Below, piece by piece: positions 28,596 through 38,885 of a stretch of 64,000 nt of DNA. Position 1 is the stretch's first letter. Every line of letters begins with the position of its first letter. The translations under genes and the position numbers were made by a program. Source of the stretch: an uncultured Actinomycetes bacterium (GTDB taxonomy: Bacteria; Actinomycetota; Thermoleophilia; RBG-16-64-13); assembly GCA_963706025.1 (NCBI GenBank), contig CAVPLM010000005.1:64001-128000 (forward strand). Reading direction: 5' to 3'. The notes beneath the pieces were generated by a model. That model made no database searches, was not told the origin of the DNA, and saw only the letters and a list, made by a program, of their open reading frames with translations.

Positions 28596-29630
28596 ATGAT
28601 GAACTTGAAGCCGGCCGTTCGCACCTCTCTCGGTGGTGGGCACCGGCGGAGACTAGCAATCAGTCTGGGCGCCGGGGCTATCGTACTGCTGGCCTTCATG
28701 GTGTCCATCGCATCGCCGGCCGTTGCCGCCTCCAGCTTCCCCGACGTTTCCGCTTCCCATCCCTACTACACAGCTATCGAGGGCATGGCCACGCGGGGCA
28801 TCATAGAGGGATACACCGATGGCACCTTCGGCCCCTCCGACCTCGTCAAGCGCCAACAGTTCGCCAAGATGATCGTTCTCACCATGGGATATGAGCCGAC
28901 CGAGAGCGACTGGTGTCCCTTCCCCGGCGTGGAACACATACCGGGTGACCTGTATCCGTTCCACTATGTCGCCAAGGCCGCTTCCACTGGACTGACCACG
29001 GGATACACAAACGGCACCTTCGGCCCGGACAACCCGATCACCCGTCAGCAGGTGATAACCATGGTGGTGCGAGCCGGAGGCTCAAAGCTGGAGACTCCTC
29101 CCCTGGAGTGGGGGGGCCTCTTCAATTATGGAAACCCCACGCACGGCGAGAACACTCGCATAGCCGAGTTCAACAGCCTTCTTGAGGGGCTGGAGGGACC
29201 AGCGGCGTATTGGGACGCTACCCAGTACGCCACACGGGGTGAGTGCGCCCAGATGCTATGGAGCCTGACCGCGTATCTCGTGGAAAAGAGGACGTACGAG
29301 ACCGTAGATGTTCTGACGACCTATGAGCGGTTGAGCGCGAACCACGAAGCGCGGTTGATAGACGTGCGTGAGCCCGCCGAGTGGGCGGCGACGGGTGTTC
29401 CCCCGGGAGCGTTGCTCGTCCCTCTGGCGGAGGTCGAAGGCCGAGCCCCTGCCGAACTAGCATGGAACAGGCCCGTCTACGTGATCTGTAAGAGCGGCAC
29501 CCGCAGCCGGCAAGCCGCCGAAACACTGATTCGGTTGGGATTCACTGAGGTGTACAACGTGGACGGAGGCATTCAGGCCTGGCTACAAGCCGGGCTGCCG
29601 GTTGAGATCTACGAGGAACCCTGCGGCTGA
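28596..29630 (+). CDS. secreted SLH-domain protein with a C-terminal rhodanese domain
   Basis: Signal peptide, SLH repeats (FPDV..HPYY..GIIEGY.DGTF.P), then LIDVREPAEW..ICKSGTRS..V.GGI.AW. Confidence 0.85.
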   Translation: MMNLKPAVRTSLGGGHRRRLAISLGAGAIVLLAFMVSIASPAVAASSFPDVSASHPYYTAIEGMATRGIIEGYTDGTFGPSDLVKRQQFAKMIVLTMGYEPTESDWCPFPGVEHIPGDLYPFHYVAKAASTGLTTGYTNGTFGPDNPITRQQVITMVVRAGGSKLETPPLEWGGLFNYGNPTHGENTRIAEFNSLLEGLEGPAAYWDATQYATRGECAQMLWSLTAYLVEKRTYETVDVLTTYERLSANHEARLIDVREPAEWAATGVPPGALLVPLAEVEGRAPAELAWNRPVYVICKSGTRSRQAAETLIRLGFTEVYNVDGGIQAWLQAGLPVEIYEEPCG

Positions 29631-29748
29631 GGGTAGAACCCCCTGCCGGTCGGCGGGGAAGCGCAATTCGGCGAGTGGAGGGCCAAGGCACCCGGGGTAA
29701 TCTTGGAAGCCACTCGGATCGTTCTCGCAAGTGAACACGTTCAGCCAT

Positions 29749-29799
29749 GACGAAGGCCCCCTTCGGTAGCGTTCACGCTCGGCCGGCGGGGGCCTCGTC
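29749..29799. terminator. GC-rich hairpin near the islet right end
   Basis: GACGAAGGCCCCC...GGGGGCCTCGTC inverted repeat with a long loop; no clear U-tract. Confidence 0.4.
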
Positions 29800-29960
29800 G
29801 TCGCGGTATAGGTGAATCCGTTATACTGCTAGGCGCTTGCTAGGCGACCAGCCGTCAGAAGGCGTCAGGGCGCGGCAGACAAGGGCGCGAGGGGTTTGAA
29901 AAGTCCCTGCACAGAGCACCAATCCGGCATGAGGCGTCAGAGCGCGGCAGGGCCTGGACT

Positions 29961-30009
29961 GGACTTCTAATCCGTGGGTCGCAGGTTCGAATCCTGCCAG
30001 GCGCGCCTT
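29961..30009 (+). repeat. att core, right copy (tRNA-Arg 3' fragment)
   Basis: Identical to 26617-26665; the 5' half of the tRNA is absent. Confidence 0.92.
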
Positions 30010-30043
30010 CGGACCGGTGCAGGGTCACCGGAGTGGAGAACGT

Positions 30044-30117
30044 GGTGAACGTAGCTCAGACGGTAGAGCACTGGGTTGTGGCCCCAGCGGTCGCGGGTTC
30101 AAGTCCCGTCGTTCACC
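30044..30117 (+). tRNA. tRNA-His(GTG)
   Basis: G-1 plus GTGAACG/CGTTCAC acceptor, TTGTGGC loop, C discriminator. Confidence 0.94.
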
Positions 30118-30129
30118 CCTCGGGCGTGA

Positions 30130-30209
30130 GCGGGTGTGGCGGAATGGCAGACGCGCATGATTTAGGATCATGTGTCTTTGACGTGGAGGTTCGAGTCCTC
30201 TCACCCGCA
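30130..30209 (+). tRNA. tRNA-Leu(TAG)
   Basis: GCGGGTG/CACCCGC acceptor, CATGA-TTTAGGA-TCATG arm, variable arm. Confidence 0.94.
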
Positions 30210-30248
30210 TTCGAGTAGCCCTGACCCGTACCCAGAGAAAGGACGGAC

Positions 30249-31661
30249 GTGAAGACGACCCTCAGCGAGCGCGAAGGAAACACGGTCAAATTTGCGGTCG
30301 AGGTTTCCAGTGAGGAGCTGCAGGAAGCCTTCAACAAGAACCTGAGAGAACTGGTGCGCGAAGCGCGGATACCCGGATTCCGGCCCGGCAAGGCGCCGGC
30401 GGCCATGGTCCGTCAACGGATGGGGGATGAAGCCATCCTGGCGAACACCGTGGAGGAGTCCATGTCCGGCTGGTTCACAGCCGCCGTGATGGAGCTGGGT
30501 CTCGACCCGGTGGACCGCCCCGAGATCGAGCTCGACGACGACGACCCCGAACTCGGCAAGACTCTGGGCTTCACGGCGAAAGTCACGGTGATGCCGGAAG
30601 TGGTCCTGGGCGAATACAAGGGCGTGGAGGCTCCCAAAGAACCGGTCGAGGTTGAGGACCGGGAAGTCGATGCCCAGATGGAGCGGCTGCAGAACGAGTT
30701 CGCGGAACTGCGGCCGGTGACGGGCAGGCCGGCGCAGGCGGGTGACTTCGTCACCGTCGATTTCCGTTCGTCCTTGGACGGCGTCCCGGTCGAGGGCTTC
30801 GATGCCGGCGACTTCGTGTTCGAAGTGGGCGGGGGCCGGATCTTCCCCGAGATCGAGGAGCAGATCCTGGGCATGAACGCGGGCGAGGAGCGCACCTTCC
30901 CCTTGACGCTGCCGGAAGGCGTCGGCCCAGCCGGCGCAGAGGGCAAGACCGTCGACTTCACGATGGCATTGAAAGAGGTCAAGGAAAAAGTACTTCCCCG
31001 TCTTTCCGACCAATGGGCCTCCGAAGTGAGCGAGTTCGCCACTCTCCTCGAGCTGCGCCTGGATATTCGCGGCAAGCTTCAGGCGGGCAAAGCCTACGCC
31101 TCCGACCAGCGCTTCCGGTCTCTGGCGGTCAAGGCGGTCACCGACAACGCCACGCTGGATCTGCCCGATGTGGTGGTACGCGAGCAGGCTGAGGAGATGG
31201 TGGGCGACTTCAAACGTTCTCTCGAGTCGCAGGGTGCCTCCTTGGAGGCATACCTCGAGGCCACCGGGGCCACGGTCGAGCAGATGATCGATGATCTGAA
31301 GCCGCAAGCAGCCAACAACGTGAAGACGGGCCTTGTGCTGGACGCGGTGGCGAGAGCCGAAGGTATCGTGGCCGGCGACGAGGAGATAAGCGCCGCGGTG
31401 GGCCAGATGGCCGCCGCGGGCCGGGTGGACGCCAAGTCGTTCGAGGCCCGGCTGCGTAAGAGCGGTCGTATCGAGCCGGTGAGATGGCAGATAGTCCGCG
31501 ACAAAGCGGCCAACTTCATCGCGGCGAACGCCGTGGCCGTGACGCCGACGCGGCATCGGAAGCCTGGGCAGCGCCTGGCCGAGCCGGTTCTGGAGGAACC
31601 AACCGCCGCCGAGCTTGCCGAGGCCGGGCCGGCTGCCGATACTCCTGCAGAAGGTACTTGA
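30249..31661 (+). CDS. tig: trigger factor
   Basis: [10 protein letters not shown] ribosome-binding motif, FKBP domain, position before clpPX. Confidence 0.95.
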   Translation: MKTTLSEREGNTVKFAVEVSSEELQEAFNKNLRELVREARIPGFRPGKAPAAMVRQRMGDEAILANTVEESMSGWFTAAVMELGLDPVDRPEIELDDDDPELGKTLGFTAKVTVMPEVVLGEYKGVEAPKEPVEVEDREVDAQMERLQNEFAELRPVTGRPAQAGDFVTVDFRSSLDGVPVEGFDAGDFVFEVGGGRIFPEIEEQILGMNAGEERTFPLTLPEGVGPAGAEGKTVDFTMALKEVKEKVLPRLSDQWASEVSEFATLLELRLDIRGKLQAGKAYASDQRFRSLAVKAVTDNATLDLPDVVVREQAEEMVGDFKRSLESQGASLEAYLEATGATVEQMIDDLKPQAANNVKTGLVLDAVARAEGIVAGDEEISAAVGQMAAAGRVDAKSFEARLRKSGRIEPVRWQIVRDKAANFIAANAVAVTPTRHRKPGQRLAEPVLEEPTAAELAEAGPAADTPAEGT

Positions 31662-31684
31662 GTCTACGCGGAAAGGATGAGGCC

Positions 31685-32269
31685 GTGAGTCCACTGATCC
31701 CGATGGTGGTCGAGCAGACCAGCCGCGGCGAGCGGGCGTTCGACATCTACTCGCGCCTGCTCAACGAACGCATCATCTTCCTGGGCACGCCCATCAACGA
31801 CCAGGTGGCCAACCTGGTCGTGGCTCAACTCCTGCATCTGGAGTCGGACGATCCTGACAAGGACATCTCCCTCTACATCAACAGTCCGGGCGGAAACGTC
31901 TACGCCGGGCTGGCCATCTACGACACCATGCAGTTCATCAAGCCCGACATCTCGACCATCTGCGTCGGTATCGCCATGTCGATGGGCGCTCTCCTACTTG
32001 CGGGGGGTGCTAAAGGTAAACGCTATGCTCTCCCGAATTCGAAGATACTGATCCATCAGGTATCGGGAGGCTTCGAAGGGCCGGCGACCGACATCGAGAT
32101 CCACGCTCGCGAAGCGCTCAGCCTGCGAAAGCGTCTTGACGAGATACTCGCCGAGCAGACAGGCCAAGAGCTGGAAAAGGTCGAGCAGGACACCGAGCGG
32201 GACTACTTCATGACGGCCGAGGATTCTCTCGCGTACGGGATCATCGACAAGATACTCGAGCACAGGTAG
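31685..32269 (+). CDS. clpP: ATP-dependent Clp protease proteolytic subunit
   Basis: [21 protein letters not shown] and ILIHQ. Confidence 0.97.
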   Translation: MSPLIPMVVEQTSRGERAFDIYSRLLNERIIFLGTPINDQVANLVVAQLLHLESDDPDKDISLYINSPGGNVYAGLAIYDTMQFIKPDISTICVGIAMSMGALLLAGGAKGKRYALPNSKILIHQVSGGFEGPATDIEIHAREALSLRKRLDEILAEQTGQELEKVEQDTERDYFMTAEDSLAYGIIDKILEHR

Positions 32270-32282
32270 AGGGGGTCGACTG

Positions 32283-33554
32283 GTGCCGAAGCCGCCGGGA
32301 GGGTCCGAGCAGCTGCTCTGCAGCTTCTGCGGGAAGAGCCAGCGTCAGGTCAAGAAGCTGATCGCCGGGCCGGGCGTGTATATCTGCGACGAGTGCATCG
32401 ATCTCTGCAACGAGATCATCGATGAGGAACTCGCTCCGCCGGCGTCTCTCGACCTGGAGAACCTGCCCAAGCCCAAGCAGATCTACTCCGTCCTGTCCGA
32501 CTACGTGATCGGGCAGGAGGAGGCCAAGCGCGCTCTGTCGGTGGCCGTCTACAACCACTACAAGCGCGTGCACATGGGCGCCTTCGACGAGGGCGACGTG
32601 GAGCTGCAGAAATCCAACATCCTCCTCCTCGGTCCCACCGGGTGCGGCAAGACCCTCCTGGCCCAGACCCTGGCCCGCATCCTCAACGTGCCCTTCGCCA
32701 TCGCCGACGCCACCGCCCTTACCGAAGCCGGCTACGTGGGCGAGGACGTGGAGAACATCCTCCTCAAGCTCATCCAGGCGGCGGACTTCGATGTCAAGAA
32801 GGCCGAGACCGGCATCATCTACATCGACGAGGTCGACAAGATCGCCCGCAAGGCCGACAACCCTTCCATCACCCGGGACGTCTCGGGGGAGGGAGTGCAG
32901 CAGGCCCTGCTCAAGATCCTGGAAGGCACCACGGCCAGCGTCCCGCCCCAAGGCGGTCGAAAGCACCCGCACCAGGAGTTCCTGACCATCGACACCACGA
33001 ACATCCTCTTCATCTGCGGCGGAGCCTTCGCCGGTCTGGAGAAGATCATCGAACGCAGGATCGGCAAGAAGGGCGTGGGCTTCGGGGCCGAGATCGAGAG
33101 CAAGAATCAGCGCGACGTGGGCGAGCTGTTCGCCAAGGTGCTGCCCGAGGACCTGCTGGAATTCGGGCTCATCCCCGAGTTCATCGGGCGTCTGCCGGTG
33201 ATCTGCAACGTGCATCAGCTCCGCCAGGAGGACCTGGTCGCTATCCTCACCGAGCCTAAGAACGCCCTCTCCAAGCAGTATCACAAGTTCTTCGCGTACG
33301 ACGGGGTGGATCTGATCTTCGCCAGGGACGCGCTCGAGGCCATCGCGCAGCAGGCGTTGAAACTGGAGACGGGGGCTCGCGGGTTGCGCTCGATCATCGA
33401 ATCGGCGCTCACCAATGTGATGTTCGAACTGCCCAGCCGACGGGATGTGAGCAAGTGCGTGGTCACCCGGGAGGTCATAGAGAAGCGGATCGACCCCACT
33501 CTGGTCACCAGCACTGCGCGCGAGGAGCTGGAGCTGGATCAAGAATCCGCATAG
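32283..33554 (+). CDS. clpX: Clp protease ATP-binding subunit ClpX
   Basis: CSFCGK zinc finger, [20 protein letters not shown] and VGF loop. Confidence 0.98.
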   Translation: MPKPPGGSEQLLCSFCGKSQRQVKKLIAGPGVYICDECIDLCNEIIDEELAPPASLDLENLPKPKQIYSVLSDYVIGQEEAKRALSVAVYNHYKRVHMGAFDEGDVELQKSNILLLGPTGCGKTLLAQTLARILNVPFAIADATALTEAGYVGEDVENILLKLIQAADFDVKKAETGIIYIDEVDKIARKADNPSITRDVSGEGVQQALLKILEGTTASVPPQGGRKHPHQEFLTIDTTNILFICGGAFAGLEKIIERRIGKKGVGFGAEIESKNQRDVGELFAKVLPEDLLEFGLIPEFIGRLPVICNVHQLRQEDLVAILTEPKNALSKQYHKFFAYDGVDLIFARDALEAIAQQALKLETGARGLRSIIESALTNVMFELPSRRDVSKCVVTREVIEKRIDPTLVTSTAREELELDQESA

Positions 33555-33567
33555 GCGGGGACGGATA

Positions 33568-36207
33568 ATGTCTGAATTGCAGCGGGCGGTCCCGCTCCTG
33601 GCCACGCGCGACCTCGTTCTCTTTCCCGGAATGCTGGCGCCGATCTTCGTCGAGCGGGACAAGGGCGTTCGTGCCCTCGAGCAGACGAGCCAGTCCGACG
33701 GGCTCCTGATCATGGCGGCGCAAAGATCGGCGGTCACCGACGACCCTGAGCCCGGAGATATCCATCGCGTCGGGACTCTGGCCAAGGTGGTGCAGTTCTC
33801 CCGTCTCTCCGACGGGACCTTGAAGGCACTGATCGAGGGCCGGCAGCGGGTCGTGATCGATACCTTCGAATCGGTATCGCCGTTCTTCACCGTGGCCTAC
33901 AGTCCGGTGCTCACCAAGCCCAAGGGCAGGCAGCCCCGTCTGCGGGCGCTGATGGACTCGGTGGCGCGGGAGTTCGCCAACTACGTGGGTCAGACCCCCC
34001 AATTGCCCGAGGAGGCCGAGACCGCCCTGGAGGTGGTCACCGACCCTGAGGAGATGGTGAACGTAGCGGCCTCGAATCTCATGATCGGGCCCGACCGCAA
34101 GCAGGAGCTTCTGGAAGGGGAAGAGCCCGAAGCCCGCCTACTCCTATTGCTCGAGACCCTTATCCAGGAGAACGAGTTCATCGCGCTGGAGAACGAGATC
34201 TCCGAGCGCGTGCACGACAACTTCGAACGACAGCAGCGCCGGGTGTTTCTTCACGAGCGTCTGAAGGTCCTTCAGGAGGAGCTGGGCGAGGAGGGCGAGG
34301 AGGACAGCGAGAGAGGCACGTACCTCAGGCAGCTGGCGGAGAAGAAGCTGCCCGAGGCGGCTGCGGCTGCGCTCACCAAAGAGATCAAGCGCCTGGGCGA
34401 TCTTCCGCCCTTGTCGGCCGAGGTGGCGGTGGCCAAGACCTACCTCGACACCGCCCTGGGGCTGCCCTGGGGGGTGCAGTCAGGGTCTTCCGCCCCCGAC
34501 GTAGCCGCTGTGGCCCGGGTCCTCGACGAGACTCACTACGGGCTGAAGAACGTGAAGGACCGCATCATCGAATATCTGGCCGTGGCTTCGTTGCGGGGCG
34601 GTACGCCCCCTCACGCCATCCTGTGCCTGGTGGGTCCCCCCGGAGTGGGCAAGACCTCGGTGGCTATGGCCACCGCCAAGGGGCTGGAGCGTCCCCTTCA
34701 GCGCATCAGTCTGGGCGGGGTGCGGGACGAGGGCGAGATCCGGGGACACCGGCGCACCTACGTGGGCGCCATGCCCGGCCGCATCATCGACGCCCTGAAG
34801 CGGGCGGGGGTGGACGATCCGGTGGTGGTCCTTGACGAGATCGACAAGATGGAGTCAGACTGGCGGGGCGACCCGGCGGCGGCTCTGATGGAGGTCCTCG
34901 ACCCGGTGCAGAACCGGACGTTCCGGGACAACTACCTGGAGTTGGAGTACGACCTGTCGCACGTGTTCTTCATCGCCACAGCGAACTACGAAGAAGACAT
35001 CCCCGAGACCCTGCACGACCGGCTGGAGATCATCCGCCTGCCGGGCTACACCGACCGGGAGAAGTCCGAGATCGCCCAACGCCATCTGGTCCCCAAGATC
35101 GCTGAGGAGAGCGGGTTGAGCGACCTGGGCAACGTGTTCACGCCGGCGGCGCTGCGCCTGCTGATACGCGAGTACACGCGGGAAGCAGGAGTGCGGGAGG
35201 TGGCCCGTTTGGTCGGCAAAGTGTACCGGCGCTTGGCGCGCATGAAGGTGGAGAGCAGGCCGGTGCCGCGCAGGCTGGGGCCGCGCGATCTGGCCCGGTT
35301 GGTGGGGCCGGCGCCGTTCCTGGCGGCTCGTCTTGGTACGGAACCCCAGGTGGGGGTCAGTCTGGGTCTGGCATACACCGGAGCCGGGGGAGATGTCCTG
35401 CGCATCGAATGCGTGGTCAGTCCCGGTAAAGGGGACTTCCATCTCACCGGCCAACTGGGCGAGATCATGCAGGAAAGCGTGACCGCGGCCTGGGGCTACC
35501 TGAAGACATCGCTGGCCAGGGACCCCGCGCTGTCCGGTCTCTGGTTGGACTCTCCCGGCCGCGCGTACCTTCTCGAGAACTATCAGCCTCCGGAGACGGC
35601 GGAGGATGCCGGTGTCCCTGCACTGCCGGCGGACCGGAACGACACCGAGGCCGTCTGGGGGCCCGCGGACTTCCCGACGGCCATGGGGAAGGTGATCGAG
35701 ATAGGGGGGCGCGACTCCAGCTTCCGCCCGGATGAGACCGGAGAAGAGAGCGGACCGCGCCGGACCGAACGTGGCCACGATCGACGGGCATCCGAGTGCG
35801 AGCCTCCGCAGCCCTCGGACCACGAGCTGTTGTCGGCTCTGGAAGTGCGCATGCATTTCCCCGAAGGGGGCGTCCCCAAAGAGGGGCCGTCGGCGGGGAT
35901 AGCCGTGGCCACCGCGCTACTTTCGGCTCTGGTCCAAGCGCCGGTCTTGCCCAAGGTGGCCTTGTCCGGCGAGATCACGCTTACAGGCCAGGTGCTGCCG
36001 GTGGGCGGTCTCAAAGAGAAACTCCTCGCCGCCCTCCGGGAAGGAGTGGAGACGGTGGTCCTGCCGGGGACGATCCGGCCGCAGGTGCACGAGTTGCCCG
36101 CCGAACTCAAGAAGGGGCTCGACATCGTGTACGTGGACAACTTCGTCGACGTGCTCCCTCACGTGTTCCTAGGGTCCAGCGGGCCAGAGGAGGCGGAGCA
36201 GCCTTGA
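33568..36207 (+). CDS. lon: Lon protease with a large insertion in the protease domain
   Basis: LON N-domain, [29 protein letters not shown] (Ser) and GGLKEK (Lys). Confidence 0.95.
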   Translation: MSELQRAVPLLATRDLVLFPGMLAPIFVERDKGVRALEQTSQSDGLLIMAAQRSAVTDDPEPGDIHRVGTLAKVVQFSRLSDGTLKALIEGRQRVVIDTFESVSPFFTVAYSPVLTKPKGRQPRLRALMDSVAREFANYVGQTPQLPEEAETALEVVTDPEEMVNVAASNLMIGPDRKQELLEGEEPEARLLLLLETLIQENEFIALENEISERVHDNFERQQRRVFLHERLKVLQEELGEEGEEDSERGTYLRQLAEKKLPEAAAAALTKEIKRLGDLPPLSAEVAVAKTYLDTALGLPWGVQSGSSAPDVAAVARVLDETHYGLKNVKDRIIEYLAVASLRGGTPPHAILCLVGPPGVGKTSVAMATAKGLERPLQRISLGGVRDEGEIRGHRRTYVGAMPGRIIDALKRAGVDDPVVVLDEIDKMESDWRGDPAAALMEVLDPVQNRTFRDNYLELEYDLSHVFFIATANYEEDIPETLHDRLEIIRLPGYTDREKSEIAQRHLVPKIAEESGLSDLGNVFTPAALRLLIREYTREAGVREVARLVGKVYRRLARMKVESRPVPRRLGPRDLARLVGPAPFLAARLGTEPQVGVSLGLAYTGAGGDVLRIECVVSPGKGDFHLTGQLGEIMQESVTAAWGYLKTSLARDPALSGLWLDSPGRAYLLENYQPPETAEDAGVPALPADRNDTEAVWGPADFPTAMGKVIEIGGRDSSFRPDETGEESGPRRTERGHDRRASECEPPQPSDHELLSALEVRMHFPEGGVPKEGPSAGIAVATALLSALVQAPVLPKVALSGEITLTGQVLPVGGLKEKLLAALREGVETVVLPGTIRPQVHELPAELKKGLDIVYVDNFVDVLPHVFLGSSGPEEAEQP

Positions 36208-38885
36208 CCGAGATCGTCATGGCCGCTCGCTACGCGGCTAACGAAGTCGAGGGGCGGATCATGCAGCGTTGGCTCGACCGCTCGGCCTTCCGGGCGGCCG
36301 CCGCCGACCCTCGTCCGCCCTACACGATCGCCATCCCGCCGCCGAACGTCACCGGCTCGCTGCACATGGGCCACGCCCTCAACGACACCATCCAGGACAT
36401 CCTGATCCGCTATCACCACCTGCGCGGGCTGAACACTCTGTGGATAGTGGGCACCGACCACGCCGGCATCGCCACCCAGAACAAAGTGGAGGCCCAGCTG
36501 GCCGACGAAGGGGTGCGGAAGGAAGACATCGGCCGCGAGGCCTTCGAGCAACGGGTGTGGGAATGGAGGCGCCAGTACGGCTCCACCATCATCCACCAGC
36601 TCAAGCGCCTGGGCTGCGCCTGCGACTACGAGTCCGAGCGGTTCACGATGGACGAGGCCTACCAACAGGCGGTGGTCAAGGTCTTCGTGTCGCTCTACGA
36701 GAAGGGCGACATCTACCGGGATGTCTACCTGGTCAACTGGTGCGTCCGCTGCGGTTCGGCTATCTCCGACCTGGAGGTGGAGCACGAGGAGCGGTCGGCC
36801 AAGCTGTACTACGTGAAGTACCCCGTGGCGGACTCGGGCGAGACGCTGATGGTCGCTACCACACGCCCCGAGACCATCCTCGGAGATACCGCGGTGGCGG
36901 TCAATCCCAAGGATACTCGCTATGGGCGCTTTGTAGGGAAGACCGCGGTGGTGCCGCTGGTGGGCCGCGAGGTTCCCATCATCGCCGACGAGCACGTGGA
37001 TATCGGCTTCGGGACCGGCGCCCTCAAGATCACCCCGGGTCACGACCCGGACGACTGGGAGATCGGTCTGCGTCACGGCCTTCCCAGCGTGTCCGTCATC
37101 GGCCTGGATGGACTCATGACCGCGGAGGCGGGCGAGTTCGAAGGGCTCACCGCCGTCGAGGCCCGCGAGGCGGTCGTGGAACGACTGGAACAGCAGGGCT
37201 TGTTCGTCAAAGCCGAGGATTACGATCACGCGGTCAGCACCTGCTACCGCTGCGGTACGACCATCGAGCCGCTTCTGTCCCTGCAGTGGTTCATGGACAT
37301 GAAGCGCCTGGCGCAACCCGCGATCGAGGCCGTGGAAGACGGACGAGTCCGCTTCGTGCCCGGGCGCTGGGGCGAGGTGTACCTCGACTGGATGCGGGGC
37401 ATCCGGCCCTGGTGCATCAGCCGCCAGCTGTGGTGGGGGCATCGCATACCGGCCTATTTCTGCGAGGCCTGCGACCACCTCATGGTGGCGGCGGTCCCGC
37501 CGGCCGCTTGCGAGAAGTGCGGCGGATCCGTGCGCCACGAGGAGGATGTGCTCGACACCTGGTTCAGCTCCGCTCTCTGGCCGTTCGCCACTCTGGGCTG
37601 GCCGGAGGAGACGCCGCAGCTCCAGACCTTCTATCCCACCACGGTACTGTCCACCGCCCGGGACATCATCTACCTGTGGGTGGCTCGGATGATCATGATG
37701 GGACTCGAGTTCAGAGGAGACGTGCCTTTTAGGGACGTCATCATCCATCCGACGGTGCTGGCCGCGGACGGAAGACGCATGAGCAAGAGCCTGGGCACGG
37801 GAGTCGACCCGCTCGACCTCATCGCCGAATACGGAGCCGACGCCACCCGCTTCGGGCTGGCCTACATGAGCTCGGTGCAAGACGTGCGCTTCAGCGCGGA
37901 GCGCATCGAGATGGGCCGGAATTTCGCCAACAAGATCTGGAACGCTTCTCGCCTGGTGCTTCAGGGTACCCACCCTCAGGCTGAACCACAGGTGGAGCTT
38001 GGGACGGTAGCCGACCGCTGGATCTTCAGCCGGCTGGCGACGGTCACCAAAGAAGTCGCCGTCCTGTACGAGAGCTACGAGTTCGACGATGTGGCCCGGC
38101 TCCTGTATCGCTTCGTTTGGAACGAGCTCTGCGACTGGTACCTGGAGGTGGCCAAGACCCGCCTCTACAGCGCCGACGAGACGGAGCGCCGCCAGGTGAG
38201 CGGGAACTTGCTCTACCTCCTCGAGCGGGTGATGGTTCTGCTGCATCCGCTCATGCCGTTCGTGACCGAGGAGATCTACGGCTACCTGCCCCAGGTGGTC
38301 TCGGGACGGCATCCCGCGAGCCTGTTCGATGCGCGGTACCCCGACGAGCAGACCACGTGGATGGATCCCGACGCTGAGGCGGCTATGGCGGCGTTCACCG
38401 CTGTGGTCGGGGGGCTGAGGTCGGCGAGGGAGGAGCTGGGCCTGGCTCGGGACGTGACCGGCAAAGTGGTGGTGCTCGAACTGGAACCGGGGGCGGTCTC
38501 GGCTCTTGCCGGCCTCAAGGGCGCGTTCCGCCAACTCTCTGGATGCGAGCTCCTTCAGGTCGTCCTCGGCGGAGAGAGCCCGGCCGGGCGCTACGCGTCC
38601 ATCGAGGGACCGGGGGTGAAAGCCCTGCTCGATCTCGAGGGCTTGGTGGACGTCGACCGGGAGCGCGCTCGCCTGGTGGCCAAGGCTCAGAAGGCGCACG
38701 GAGAAGCCGCCAAGGCCCGGGCGAAGCTGGGCAACCCCGGCTTTCTGGCCAAGGCGCCCGAAGCGGTGGTGGCCGAAGAGCGAGGCCGCCTGGCGGAGGC
38801 CGAAGCGGTGCTGGAGGAGGTAGGGCGGCAGTACGCCGAGCGCGTCGGGGGAGAGCTGCCGTTCACGGAGGTAACGAAGAAGTGA
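36204..38885 (+). CDS. valS: valyl-tRNA synthetase
   Basis: PPPNVTGSLHMGH, WCISRQLWWGH, RMSKS and C-terminal coiled coil; TTGA overlap with lon. Confidence 0.97.
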   Translation: MTEIVMAARYAANEVEGRIMQRWLDRSAFRAAAADPRPPYTIAIPPPNVTGSLHMGHALNDTIQDILIRYHHLRGLNTLWIVGTDHAGIATQNKVEAQLADEGVRKEDIGREAFEQRVWEWRRQYGSTIIHQLKRLGCACDYESERFTMDEAYQQAVVKVFVSLYEKGDIYRDVYLVNWCVRCGSAISDLEVEHEERSAKLYYVKYPVADSGETLMVATTRPETILGDTAVAVNPKDTRYGRFVGKTAVVPLVGREVPIIADEHVDIGFGTGALKITPGHDPDDWEIGLRHGLPSVSVIGLDGLMTAEAGEFEGLTAVEAREAVVERLEQQGLFVKAEDYDHAVSTCYRCGTTIEPLLSLQWFMDMKRLAQPAIEAVEDGRVRFVPGRWGEVYLDWMRGIRPWCISRQLWWGHRIPAYFCEACDHLMVAAVPPAACEKCGGSVRHEEDVLDTWFSSALWPFATLGWPEETPQLQTFYPTTVLSTARDIIYLWVARMIMMGLEFRGDVPFRDVIIHPTVLAADGRRMSKSLGTGVDPLDLIAEYGADATRFGLAYMSSVQDVRFSAERIEMGRNFANKIWNASRLVLQGTHPQAEPQVELGTVADRWIFSRLATVTKEVAVLYESYEFDDVARLLYRFVWNELCDWYLEVAKTRLYSADETERRQVSGNLLYLLERVMVLLHPLMPFVTEEIYGYLPQVVSGRHPASLFDARYPDEQTTWMDPDAEAAMAAFTAVVGGLRSAREELGLARDVTGKVVVLELEPGAVSALAGLKGAFRQLSGCELLQVVLGGESPAGRYASIEGPGVKALLDLEGLVDVDRERARLVAKAQKAHGEAAKARAKLGNPGFLAKAPEAVVAEERGRLAEAEAVLEEVGRQYAERVGGELPFTEVTKK

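Noticed and set aside
29637-29750. Integrase remnant in the islet right arm
   Set aside because: Only a short start-less frame with no tyrosine- or serine-recombinase motif.
29961-30009. Second tRNA-Arg gene
   Set aside because: Lacks the 5' acceptor strand and D-arm; it is the att duplication.
35510-35845. Intein in Lon
   Set aside because: No C-terminal His-Asn splice motif or recognisable Hint blocks; low-complexity composition.
36159-38699. 846-aa antisense ORF, and similar ones opposite tig, clpX, mrdA, the LCP gene and pcrA
   Set aside because: Shadow ORFs caused by high-GC codon bias on the strand opposite well-conserved genes; no recognisable motifs.
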